From: an uncultured Chloroflexia bacterium | GTDB lineage: Bacteria > Chloroflexota > Anaerolineae > Anaerolineales > DRKV01 | Length of the DNA: 64,000 nucleotides | Assembly: GCA_963824065.1 (NCBI GenBank) | Contig: CAWGNX010000001.1 | Span: 30,631-94,630, forward strand | Direction: 5' to 3' | Shown: positions 53,579 to 64,000 of the stretch, in pieces | Numbering within the stretch: position 1 is the first letter of the stretch | How the letters are laid out: each line of letters opens with the position of its first letter | Notes under the pieces: model-generated | Database searches by the model: none | Seen by the model: only the letters and a program-made list of their open reading frames with translations | Told to the model about the DNA's origin: nothing | Position numbers and translations under genes: made by a program

Positions 53579-53718
53579 CTATCCTTTACAAATACCAAAA
53601 CACTTTCATCGGCGGGGTGCCAACCTCAGTAAAGCTTTAACTGGTTGGCTGAAAATCATCCCCTGGTGCGGCGCACAGGAGCTTCCACCGGTGTCCGTGC
53701 GCCGCACCGATGCGAGAT

Positions 53719-54722
53719 TCAGTCGCCGAGCGTAGCGACCATGATGGCTTTGATGGTGTGCATGCGGTTTTCCGCCTGAGCAAAGACGATCGAGCATCTC
53801 GGATTCGAACACTTCTTCGCTGACTTCCAGGCTTTCCAACCCGGTCTTTTCGTAGATGTCTTCGCCGACCTTGGTCTCGCGGTTGTGGAAAGCTGGCAGG
53901 CAGTGCATGAACTTGACTTTGGGGTTGCCGGTCTTCTTGACCACGTCCATGTTGACCTGGTAGGGCTTGAGCAGCTTGATGCGTTCATCCCAGACCTCTT
54001 TGGGTTCACCCATGGAGACCCACACGTCGGTGTACAGATAATCCACGCCCTTGACGCCTTCTTCCACGCTCTCGGTTAGAGTCAGGCGGGCGCCGGTTTC
54101 CTTAGCGATCTCGCGGCAAGTCTTGACCAGCTCCTCTTCGGGCCACAGCGCCTTGGGGCAGCACAGGCGCACATCCATACCCAGCTTGCAGCCGGTCACC
54201 ATCAGCGAGTTGCCCATGTTATTGCGGGCATCGCCCAGGTAGCAGTAGGCGATCTCGTGCAGGTGCTTGTCGCTAGTGCTCGATCATCGTCAGGATGTCA
54301 CAGATCATCTGGGTGGGGTGGAACTGGTCGGTCAGGCCGTTCCACACCGGCACGCCGGCATATTCGCCCAGGATTTCCACCAGCTCCTGCCCGAAGCCGC
54401 GGTACTCGATGCCGTCATACATGCGACCCAGCACCCGGGCGGTGTCTTTCATCGACTCTTTGTGACCGATCTGCGAGCCGGATGGCCCCAGGTAGGTGAC
54501 ATGAGCGCCCTGGTCGTAGGCCGCTACCTCAAAGGCGCAGCGGGTGCGGGTGGATGTTTTTTCGAAAATCAGGGCAATATTCTTGCCCTTCAGGCGCGGC
54601 TGCTCGTAACCGCCGTACTTGGCGGCCTTGAGATCAGCCGAAAGTTTGAGCAGGAATTTGAGCTCTTCGGGGGTGAAATCGAGCTCCTTGAGGAAGTTGC
54701 GGTTGCGTAAGTTGAATGCCAT
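53719..54722 (-). CDS. arcB: Catabolic ornithine carbamoyltransferase, two frameshifts (~54273, ~53777)
   Basis: [21 protein letters not shown] and [11 protein letters not shown] motifs across three frames. Confidence 0.93.
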
Positions 54723-54763
54723 GTCATACTCTCCTTTTAATAAGCTATTCGGTTTTCAGTTGG

Positions 54764-56242
54764 CTAAAGCAGCACACCTGCTGCTAAGACCAGGATACTC
54801 AGAATGATTAATAAAACCAGCACCGGCCAGACAAATTTCCACCACCTGCCGTAGCCCACCCTGGCAATCGCCAGCCCTCCCATGACTACCGCGGAAGTTG
54901 GTGTGACCAGGTTGACCAGGCCGTTGGCGGTCTGGTAAGCTGTGACAACGAGATAACTGGGGACATTGGCGAACTGCGCTAGGGGCGCCATGATCGGCAT
55001 GGAGACAGTCGCCAGGCCTGAGCTGGAGGGGATGAGGAAAGACAATGGCAGGTAAAGCACGTAGGTAACGATAATGAACCCGACCCCGCCCAAACCAGCA
55101 ACTGCCTGCTCGGCCCAGTAGAGCACCGTGTCGGTGATCAGCCCGTTGTTCATAATCACAGTGATGCCGCGCGCCACGCCAATAATCAACGCCACACCCA
55201 GCATATCCCGGGCGCCATCCACGAAAGTGTTTACCAGAGTTTTTTCAGACAGCCGCCCGATGATACCGATCAGGATGCCGAAGAACAGGAAATTGGCGGT
55301 CATTTCCGGGAACCACCACCACCAGGTGGGCACCGCCAGCCCGAGATCCGCCCAGGGTATGACACCATAGACCATCACAACAAATGCCAGGAAAAACAGC
55401 AGCAGGATGACCTTGTGCCGGGTAGTGAATTTACCAAAATCCATGCCTTCCGTAGAACCAGACATAAACTGGTGCTCGTTAGCCGCCTTTTCGTCATAAA
55501 TCAGCGATTTGGAGGGATCTTTTCTGACGCGCTCGGCGTAACGCATCACGAAGACAATCCCGATGATCGTGCCAATCACCAGGATGACCAGACGTCCGAT
55601 TAACCCTTCGCTGATGGTTACGCCAGCGAAACCAGAGGCGATGCCGGTCGCAAAGGGATTGATCGTGGAGCCAATCACGCCGATCCCGGCGCCGAGCAGG
55701 ATCAGGGCTCCTGCGCTGAGCCCATCGTATCCGGCAGCAAGCATCACGGTGATGATCAGGGCATAGAATGCCAGCGTCTCCTCCGCCATGCCATAGCTCG
55801 TGCCCCCAATAGCAAAGATGGTCATCAAGATGGGGAACAACCAGCGTTCCTTGCCCTTCAGTTTTTCCACTACCCAGGCGATCCCGGCGTTGATTGCTCC
55901 AGTCTTCATCGTCACGCCCAGGAAGCCGCCGATAATCAGCACGAACATGGCAACGTCGATGGCCCCGAACAGCTCGCCGTAGTTCCACACGTCCACATTG
56001 CCGGTATCGTCCTCAATCCCATACATGCCGTTGATGGGTCCTTTGAGCGCGCTGACCAGCAGCTTCTGCGGGTTTTGCTCCACCGTGTGATAGGTATCCG
56101 GAATTGGAGCGCCATCCGCGTCGTAGTCATACGAACCTGCCGGGACAATCCAGGTCGCGAGGGCGATCAAAACAAGCAGGATGAACAGAATCGTAAAGGC
56201 GGACGGGAATTCGAACTTCTTTTTGGGTTTCTCGTTAGCCAT
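54764..56242 (-). CDS. YfcC family transporter, probable arginine/ornithine antiporter
   Basis: FPSAFTIL, GMAEETLAF, NPFATGIA and IPSSSG motifs; first gene of the arc operon. Confidence 0.88.
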   Translation of the reverse strand: MANEKPKKKFEFPSAFTILFILLVLIALATWIVPAGSYDYDADGAPIPDTYHTVEQNPQKLLVSALKGPINGMYGIEDDTGNVDVWNYGELFGAIDVAMFVLIIGGFLGVTMKTGAINAGIAWVVEKLKGKERWLFPILMTIFAIGGTSYGMAEETLAFYALIITVMLAAGYDGLSAGALILLGAGIGVIGSTINPFATGIASGFAGVTISEGLIGRLVILVIGTIIGIVFVMRYAERVRKDPSKSLIYDEKAANEHQFMSGSTEGMDFGKFTTRHKVILLLFFLAFVVMVYGVIPWADLGLAVPTWWWWFPEMTANFLFFGILIGIIGRLSEKTLVNTFVDGARDMLGVALIIGVARGITVIMNNGLITDTVLYWAEQAVAGLGGVGFIIVTYVLYLPLSFLIPSSSGLATVSMPIMAPLAQFANVPSYLVVTAYQTANGLVNLVTPTSAVVMGGLAIARVGYGRWWKFVWPVLVLLIILSILVLAAGVLL

Positions 56243-56364
56243 CGCTTTGATTCTCCTCTCAATCTTAGTGTTTTTTTACTTCGTGGTTGCCAGGATAAAT
56301 CCCGTCTTGTTGAATCTTGTCTTTTATGCCTAGAATGCCAGGAATCGGCCTTTCCAAATTAATT

Positions 56365-58055
56365 TTAATCGCCCGACAGAATCGTGCGGGACAGCATACC
56401 TCCGGAAATGTTGCGGGCTTTAAACCCATTTTGCAGCAGGATTCGCGTCCGTGTAGTAAGCGCGCTGACCCGAGCGGCAGATGACCAGGATCTCGCGATC
56501 GCGAGGCAGCTCACCAAGGCGCTGGCGAAGTGCTGGCAGCGGGATGTTGACTGCGCCCGGCACAGACTCAACAGCAAGCTCCTGTGGATGGCGCACATCC
56601 AGCAGGAACTCATCCTGGATGGAATTCCAGTGAGCCAGGGGCAGGTCGCCGTGCAAAACACCAGCCGCAACCATCCCGGCAAAATTCACGGGGGATTTGG
56701 CGCTGCCAAACTGGGGTGCGTAGCACAATTCGGCTTCTTCCAGGTCGTAAACGGTGGCGCCCAGTTGGATGGCCATCGCAAGGACATCGATGCGCTTATC
56801 CACGCCATCCTCGCCGACAGCCTGTGCACCGAGCAAGCGACCATCAGATTTGCGGAAGATAATTTTCATCGCCAGGTATTTGGCACCCGGGTAATATCCT
56901 GCGTGGGAATTCGGGTAAAGATAAATTTTTTCGTAATCCTGATCACCAATCCGGTTGAGTGTTTTTTCGTTAACACCGGTAGAGGCGGCTGCTCCCCCAA
57001 AAAGGCCGATGATTGAGGTACCCTGGGCACCTCGGAAATGGGAATCGCGACCTGCGATCACCTCAGCCGCAATGCGGCCCTGGCGGTTGGCCGGCCCAGC
57101 CAGCGCGACCAGAGACCACTGCCCGGTGAGGTAATCTTTGACCTCGATTGCATCCCCAACGGCGAAGATATTCGGGTCGCTCGTACGCATCTGGTCGTCC
57201 ACACGAATGCCTCCCCGCTCGCCAATTTCAAGCCCGGCGTCCTTCGCCAGCCAGCTCTCAGGGCGCACACCGATGCCGAGCACGGCAATCTCTCCCGAAA
57301 ATTCCATGCCGTCTTTCGTCAAAACCTTGAGCGAGCCGTCCTCAGACTGCTCGAACCCGGTTACTTCGCCATTGAGCACGATGCGGACGCCATTCTTTTC
57401 CATATGGCGTTCAACATAGCGCGCCATTTCCGGATCGAGCGGGGGCATGACCTGTGCGTCGCGCTGTATAAGGGTCACCTGCAACCCGAGGTGTTTCAGG
57501 TTTTCTGCCATCTCGAGGCCGATGAAACCCCCGCCAACCACCACCGCCCGCCTTGAAGGCACCATCGTCTGAAATCCCGTGTAGGTGTGCAGCCCAGAGG
57601 AATATGGGTCATGACCCTCAAGCCATTCTCGGATCTCTTTGACATCCGGGACAGTCCTCACTTTAAATACGCCTGGCAGATCAATTCCAGGCATGGGCGG
57701 ACGTATCGGGGTTGCGCCGGGAGACAGGACCAGCCTGTCATAGGTCTCATTGGTTACCTCGCCGGTAATGACATTGCGCAGGTCCACCGTTTTCTTTTCA
57801 GGCAAGATGCGTATCACCTCGCAGCGTGTGCGCACATCGATGGCAAAACTCTCACGAAACACGCGCTCGATCCGCGACCAGTAGGCTCGACTCTCGAGGT
57901 ATTACGCCCCCAACAAAATACGGCAGCCCGCAGTTTGCATACGAAACATACAGTCCGCGTTCCACCATGAGGATTTCCGCTTGTTCATCCAGCCTGCGTA
58001 AGCGGGCCGCACAGGACGCACCTCCCGCCACACCACCAACAATGATAACTTTCAT
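56365..58055 (-). CDS. CoA-disulfide reductase-rhodanese fusion, frameshifts ~57865 and ~56450
   Basis: GGVAGG, SYANCGLPY, GGGFIGLE and ELCYAPQF motifs; rhodanese CRSGQR. Confidence 0.9.
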
Positions 58056-58257
58056 GTTTTCAGCATCCCTCTGTATTCTGGCGAAGAAATGCAGCTGCAC
58101 GCGAAACACTTGACAATCGTTTTTCATTGGCAGCCGCAAGCTCTTCTTCGGTCTTCATGCCCACCTTGGAATGCCGAGCGAGCTCCATACCAAAGCCATT
58201 AAATCGGAGCCCGGCGCTGGTAGAGCGCGCCCTACCAGCACTGGCACCGTCGCAGGT

Positions 58258-58475
58258 TTACATTCCGAGCAGCTTCGCCTTCTGAGTTTGCAACTCTTCT
58301 ACGGTCAGGATCGCCTGGGCCCTGAGCGCACCCAGGCGCTCGAGCTGCGTGATCACATCTTCTTTCGGGGCAGGCGCAGCTGGCGGCGGGACTTGCAGCG
58401 TATGGTTTGCTGCCAGCACACCTGCTAACCCCACCAAGACTGCCATGTTAGTGACACCGATGGTCGAGATTTCAT
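58258..58475 (-). CDS. Second short SHOCT-domain protein, frameshifted or degenerate
   Basis: AAGGAG RBS and ATG at 58475; AVLVGLAG...QLERLGALRAQAILTVEELQTQKAKLL parallels the 37400 gene. Confidence 0.55.
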
Positions 58476-58523
58476 TAATTATTCTCCTTGGATTTTTTTT
58501 GGTGGTGGTTTGGGGATGAACTG

Positions 58524-58826
58524 TTAGCTCAGATCGATCTTAACCCCGCCCATCATCCCGGCCACAATGTTGTACACCAGCGCCACCACCAGGCCAGCGA
58601 GCGCGCCTCCAAGTGCAGCAATCAGTGCGCGAAAGAACACCAGGGCAAAGGTGGTCAGGGTATAGGCAGTCCAGTTGCCCAGGTTCATATCGATCCACCA
58701 GGATGTCGCGCCAAAGATCCAGCCAAAAATCCAGATCACGATGCCAAAAATTAGCGTCCAGACAAAGGCTAACACCGCTCCGTACAGGGTAAATGAACCG
58801 ATATCGACTGATTTGATTGCTTTCAT
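58524..58826 (-). CDS. DUF3566-like 2-TM protein
   Basis: IKSVDIGSF...ALVYNIVAGMMGGVKIDL; AAGGAG RBS. Confidence 0.7.
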   Translation of the reverse strand: MKAIKSVDIGSFTLYGAVLAFVWTLIFGIVIWIFGWIFGATSWWIDMNLGNWTAYTLTTFALVFFRALIAALGGALAGLVVALVYNIVAGMMGGVKIDLS

Positions 58827-59063
58827 GGTTATTTCTCCTTGGTCAAAATGGTAGATGGTTTGGATGAAAATCTCGCTGCTGGGATGAGTGTGCCCACGCA
58901 ATGGATGGGTATGATCTTTGCCGAAGGAATTATTCGGATCGATTTCGAAATTCTTTCCGACCTGCCTCGTTGAATAGTCCCCGCGTCGGGGCAGACTACA
59001 ATACGCCGATGGACCGGAAGGTCCGCGTTCTGCCACAACGATCTCCTCGTTTCCCGATCAAGC

Positions 59064-59316
59064 TTACAGGCGATCCACGAAGAGGACGGTCAAATGCAGC
59101 TCATAGAGCGTGTTGAGCACGCCGGCCAGGGCAGCCTGGTCGATGTAATTCACCTTCCAGGGTAGTTATCAGGGAGTCATCACCCCGCAAGTCCTGGCTA
59201 ATCATCATACCTTCGAGGCGATCAGACCAATCCGCGGTGATTTTTCCGAGAACACGAATTTGGTAGGTGGCCGAGCAATCAAAGGGAACTGGATTCCTGG
59301 ACTGTTTGTTTGCCAC
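59064..59316 (-). CDS. Small conserved protein typically found next to MalT/LuxR genes; frameshift near 59146
   Basis: YQIRVLGKITADWSDRLEGM...TTLEGEL / DQAALAGVLNTLYELHLTVL. Confidence 0.7.
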
Positions 59317-59348
59317 AAACAGATGATGGCATAAATCCAAATGTAAAA

Positions 59349-59387
59349 ATACCACCCCAAGGTGAAATTAAGGTGTATTAAAGGTGT
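59349..59387. promoter_or_regulatory. Candidate operator: AAGGTG x3 with 11-bp period plus CACC-N4-GGTG palindrome
   Basis: AAGGTG at 59359, 59370 and 59381. Confidence 0.45.
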
Positions 59388-59484
59388 AGCAGTACCAAGC
59401 CATTGAGAGGGAATAGAAATCGGTCAAATGAAGCCAGGTACCCGCGGATAAATTCCACCAGAGCCGTGGAATTGAGGTTTAGAA

Positions 59485-62250
59485 CTATCTGGTTTTTGGG
59501 AAGGAGAATTCGCCAGCAGGGGGAAGAATGGACAATTCTTCTGCTTTCGCGACAGCATCCCGGCGCCGGTTGACGACCAACTTGCCATAGATGTTGATGA
59601 TATGGCGTTTGGCAGTTGCATAGGCGATATTGAGCTGGAGAGCAATTTCTTGAATGCTCAACGGTTCTCGCAATAAAGTCAGCACCTCGAGCTCCCGCGG
59701 GTGAGGGGCTCAGCTAACGCCAAAATACCGAGCGAACGATCAGGCGCGTCTGCTCAACAGATGTTTATCATCCTCCGGAAATTCCGCCAGGACGGGGTGG
59801 ATCATCTCCGCGTGCTACGATCTTGCTGTGCAAGCCGGAGGAGCAGCGCCTGCATGGGTTGGCCCAGGTCGACGAAAACCCGGATGAAGCCCTGCGGCCG
59901 GGCGAGATCCAGCGCCTGCTTCAGCACGGCGAAAGCCTGGCTGGTTTCCCCCTGAGTATCCAGCGCCAGGGCGCGTAGGGCCAGGAGCTCGATCTGGTAG
60001 CGCGTGTTATGGGCGTGATCGGCGATCTCCTCCAGGGTGTCCAAGATCTGGTGCGCCAGCCGCAGGTCGCCATCCGCGCCTCTGGCCAGCAGAACGCGTA
60101 CCCGGGTCACCTGTGGTTCCTCCAGCCACAGCATAATTTGGTCTGGCGGCGGACCGCTGAATGTGTCAGCCCAGCGGCCGGCGCCTTCCAGGTTCCCTTG
60201 TAACATCATCACCCTGGCGCGGAGGGAACGTGTGCGCTCATCTTCGCGGCCGCTATGCTCCAGGTCAAACTGGCTGATTGACTCCACCATCTGCCGGGCA
60301 TCCATGCTTTCCCCCTGCATCTGGCGGATCAATGCCAGGCCCGCCACGGCATCGCGATAGGTAGTTATCTGAGCTGCATAGCGATTTTCAACGATTTGGC
60401 TGAAGTGGTGCGCGGCTGCCTGCAGCTCATTGCGCTGATAACACACCAGGCCGAGATAATGGCAGCCCCAGTTCTTCATGATCACCAACCTGCGGCGGGT
60501 CGCCCCCTCGAACAGCACCTGCGCGATTTGCCTCGCCTGCTCAAGCTGGCCGGTATTGAGGTAGATTAATCCCAATGTTTCCAGGATGAGCAGGGCATAA
60601 ATATCGTTCATATCGTCGCAAGACGCGTATTCAGTGAGCAGCAGCTTTTCGGCCTCCTGGGCCTGGCCGCTGGCCTGTAGGGACAGGCCCAGGTAAAGCA
60701 TTCCCCCTCCGCGCAAAAATTTCCATGATGGAGGCAGGAGCGCCAGTACCTGCCGGCAAAGGTCGATCGCCCGCGAGGTCTGGTTGCAGAAGTACGCCTG
60801 CTGAGCTCTTAACAAAAAGATTTGCCCGCGCAGGATTTGCTGTTCATCTGCCGGTTCCGCTGCACCAACCTCTGAATCCAGCAGCTCTTCTGCCTGCTGA
60901 AGCACCTGGGCTTGCAGGTCAAGCCGCCATGCGAACTGCAGAGCAAATGCCCTGATCATCAGCAGCCCCGGGGTTTGCTGGATCATCTCTTCCGGCAGCA
61001 GGCGCAGCCAGCGCTCCAGGGTCGGCCGGTCCTCGCGGTTGAGCACCTCACGCAGCCCGGCAACCATCTGGTGCGCAGCCAGGTCCAGGTCGCCTGCTGC
61101 CAGGGCGTGCTGTAAGGCTTCATCGATCAGCCCCTGCTCTGCGAACCACGCGGAAGCTTGGCGGTGCAGGTTGGCCACCTTATCCGGCGCCATCTCGGCG
61201 GAGGCTCTCTGCCGCAGCAGTTCCTGGAATATATGGTGGTAGCGGTACCATTCCCTCTGGCTGTCCTGGGGAACAAGGAACAGCTCGGAGCGCTCAATCC
61301 AATCCAGGCAGGCGCGCACATTCCAGGCGGTGTCTATCTCTCCAAAGATGGCTTCGCACAGCGGAGCGCAAAACCGATCCAGGATGGAGGTCTTCAACAG
61401 AAATGATTGGATCGCTGCAGCCTGGTGGGTCAGCACCTCATCCACCAGGTATCCGGTGATGTTTGGATTCTGGCTGGATAAAGCAAACCGGACGGATTCC
61501 TGGCTGCCTGCGGAACGCAAGGAAAGGACAGCCAGATGCAGACCCGCGATCCAACCTTCGAAGCGCTCCTCCAGCAGGTGCAGGTCATTCTGGCTCAAAG
61601 GGGCAATTTGCGTCCGGCTCAGATAGGCAGCCGTCTCCTCGGCTGTAAAGCGCAGGTCCTGGGTGCGAAACTCAGTGAGCATCCCCCTGGCACGCAAGCT
61701 GCTCAGCGGTATGGGCGGGCTGAGGCGGGAGATCAGCACCAGGTGCAGCGGTTTTGGCCAGTGGCGCACCAGTTCAATCAGCAGATTGTGCGCATCCACG
61801 CCGCGGAGGGTGTGATAGTCATCCAGGACGAGGATCGCTTCTCCGGGGAGTGCTTCAAGCTCATTGCTGAGGGTGGCGAAGAGGACTGCCTGGGGTAGCT
61901 GATGCTGCGCCTGGACTAAAGCCAGGGTTTCCGCACAGGCGTTCGCAAAAATCGTGCGCAGCGCGGCGATGATGTAGCAGATAAAGAGATTGAGGTCGCT
62001 GTCGTTTTCATCCAACGAAAGCCATGCAGCAGGCAAGGAGGCTGCCGCTGCAGGCTGACCAACAGCCCTGCGCTCAAGCCAGGTGCATACCAGGGTGGTT
62101 TTACCGAAGCCAGCCGGAGCAGTGACCAGGGTCAGCGGGCCGTTAATCCCGCTGTCGAGCTGCTCGAACAACCGCGCGCGCGATCAGACCCCTGGCGATC
62201 GGTGGCCGGTGCAGTTTGGTTTGGAGAAGGATTGGATAATTGTCAAACAT
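59485..62250 (-). CDS. MalT-like (STAND) LuxR-family transcriptional regulator, about 4 frameshifts
   Basis: LLQTKLHRP, APAGFGKTT, LVLDDYH, WYRYH, TPR region and EPLT-RELEVL...HIINIYGKL HTH. Confidence 0.88.
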
Positions 62251-62570
62251 GCTTGCATAAATGAACTGGATAAAGTTACTGTACATTATAAACTACACCC
62301 TGCGGTCGTACCACTCAGGCATTTATGTGTCCCACGCTGAATGGATTGGGGAGATGTATTCTCTGGCAAGCAATCGTTTGTCATCTGTCTTAGGGATATG
62401 CCCCCGCACCTCGCTTATTAAAGATGCTATCTGTCGATAAACGATCGAGCTATGTGGTCGGGGTAAAACATCTCTTCGATCTGGTTTCCCAGGTCCGTAG
62501 TACGATGCTCTCAACCATTTTGAATACGGCATGGATAGATAATATTTATCGAGGCAAGTCTAGCAACCTA

Positions 62571-62828
62571 ATGGAATCCCCCAGAGAATCGCCCCGACCC
62601 GGTAAACCTGCTGATCGAAAACCGCCAGAGGCTTTCGAGAGGCTTGTTCCAAGCCGCTTGGTACAGATGGCTGCCAGTCCATTTGCCTTTTTCCGAGGAG
62701 CGGTGGCAATGATGGCCTGCGACCTTTCCCTCACACCTTACACAGGTTTGAATATCGCCTTCTGCGGCGACTTCCATTTGTTGTACTTTGGCAGCACTGC
62801 CTCACCGAAGCGCAAGTTAAATTTTTAA
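62571..62828 (+). pseudogene. DUF2252 family gene fragment
   Basis: LVPSRLVQMAASPFAFFRGAVAMMACDL...CGDFHLLYFG matches the DUF2252 N-terminal pattern and then stops. Confidence 0.65.
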
Positions 62829-62954
62829 CTTCAACAATTCCCACGAGACCTCTATCGCTCCGCGGGAACCTGGATTCCTGACGCGGAAAGACTCCGTTCG
62901 ATAAAGGAACGATCAGGCTGCCTGGTTCAGCATCAACAGCGAACTATCTAAAGC

Positions 62955-63416
62955 TCAGCGTCTGATGAACGGCAGGTAGATGGGGGCATCTTCCTCCCAC
63001 AGGGGCAGGGTGATCGCAGCGTGGACTGCATCCACCAGGAGAGCGAAATTGTCCGGCTCCAACACCCTGACCAGCGAGGTAGCAGAATACAACTGGCCTT
63101 TATCATCCCGGTAAACCAGGCTCAGGGTGTACTCGCCATTGCGGATCTGCTCCAGGTGCAGCTCAGGGGCATGCCCTACCCGGCGTCCATCCAGCGCCCA
63201 GGCGACAGCGTGCGCACCAGGCTCGGCTGCCACAACCACGTCCAACGCTTCCCCACTGCGCAGCAGGGTTCTGCCATTCAGTCCGCCGGGCAGGGCCTTT
63301 TCCAGCGGACCAACCTCTGCCCTGGTCGGTCTCAGCCAGAACGCAGAAGACAGCCAGGCTGAGAGCAGGGCGGCCCCCAAGAACAGCATCAAGGGAAACC
63401 AACGATTGAGTCTCAT
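62955..63416 (-). CDS. Exported protein with C-terminal IYLPFIRR motif
   Basis: Signal-like N-terminus, beta-rich core, terminal YLP-basic motif. Confidence 0.7.
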   Translation of the reverse strand: MRLNRWFPLMLFLGAALLSAWLSSAFWLRPTRAEVGPLEKALPGGLNGRTLLRSGEALDVVVAAEPGAHAVAWALDGRRVGHAPELHLEQIRNGEYTLSLVYRDDKGQLYSATSLVRVLEPDNFALLVDAVHAAITLPLWEEDAPIYLPFIRR

Positions 63417-63435
63417 GTTGGGCCTCGTCCCGAAC

Positions 63436-63889
63436 TCAGGGGGTCATTTCAATGGCATTGATCGGGCGGCAGTCACCGGTTTGGCAGCCATACGAGGCAC
63501 CAGTGCCGTTGGTGTCGTAATAAATCTGCAGGTTCTTGCCCAATGACTTGGCAGTCATCATTATGCTTAATATCCGGGCGGCGTTCTTTGAATTCGGAGG
63601 TGGGCGCGGCAAAATAATAGATCCCGTTGGGCGCAGCGATCGTGCACCGCACGTGGACCCGGTTGCTGAAAGCCCCGATGTAAGATGGGGTGCAGATGTA
63701 GGTGGCATCCGGGCTGCCGGGGACTGTGACAGCCGCCGGTTCAGGTTCAGCAGCCTGAGCTACCGCGGGACCCCGGCTGGCATACCACAGCCCGCCTGCC
63801 AGCCTGGATGCGAATAGGCCGAAGGCGATACCTAACAGGATCGCCCCCCCATATAAGACTGCAATTCTCCAGGGGGTTTTTCCAGACAT
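63436..63889 (-). CDS. Secreted/anchored Cys-containing hypothetical protein, frameshift near 63600
   Basis: TM helix, then YICTP...RVHVRC..., continuing ARILSIMMTAKSLGKNLQIYY...GCQTGDCRPI; GGAGG RBS. Confidence 0.65.
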
Positions 63890-64000
63890 GATTTCCTCCA
63901 TTCAGCGAACAAGGGGTTGGGTGAGCACGCTAGATTGGGCAATCAGCTTGCCCAGGATTCGGTTAGCCGGCGTTCTGGAAATCGTCAAGGTGGCAGCTTG

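Noticed and set aside
54260-54290. TAG in arcB as possible pyrrolysine or readthrough
   Set aside because: The stop results from a +1 insertion and the protein continues in a different frame, so readthrough would not restore it.
58827-59036. N-terminal extension of the 170-aa ORF 58524-59036
   Set aside because: An AAGGAG RBS precedes ATG 58826 and the family-like sequence begins there; the extension looks non-coding.

Overview
Bacterial chromosomal window that looks like Chloroflexota (Anaerolineae-like). This placement is inferred from gene content such as the C-terminal YLP motif and the MalT/LuxR-associated small ORFs, not from a marker gene. The left half (1-31 kb) is mostly core genome: NfeD/SPFH/GNAT, lgt, a split glutaminase + NadE NAD synthetase, an MFS transporter, deoxynucleoside kinase, a PEP-synthase-like ATP-grasp protein, dnaN, gdh, gatB, a long minus-strand operon with mutY, tRNA-Phe/Gly/Cys, an FHA membrane protein, and a BMP-type nucleoside ABC transporter behind a ~350-nt structured leader. 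The right half (32-64 kb) looks accessory: an HdeD-DUF4332 fusion, DUF6325/SHOCT/DUF389 genes, an ApbE + ferric-reductase-like + PepSY module with a divergent two-component system, a ~12-kb arginine deiminase operon extended by ZIP, ppk2 and a P-type ATPase, a CoA-disulfide reductase, a MalT-like LuxR regulator and a DUF2252 relic. About 18 frameshifts interrupt otherwise intact genes and are most likely sequencing or assembly indels. No CRISPR array, rRNA, integrase or transposase was recognised. Product calls come from recognised motifs, not database searches.
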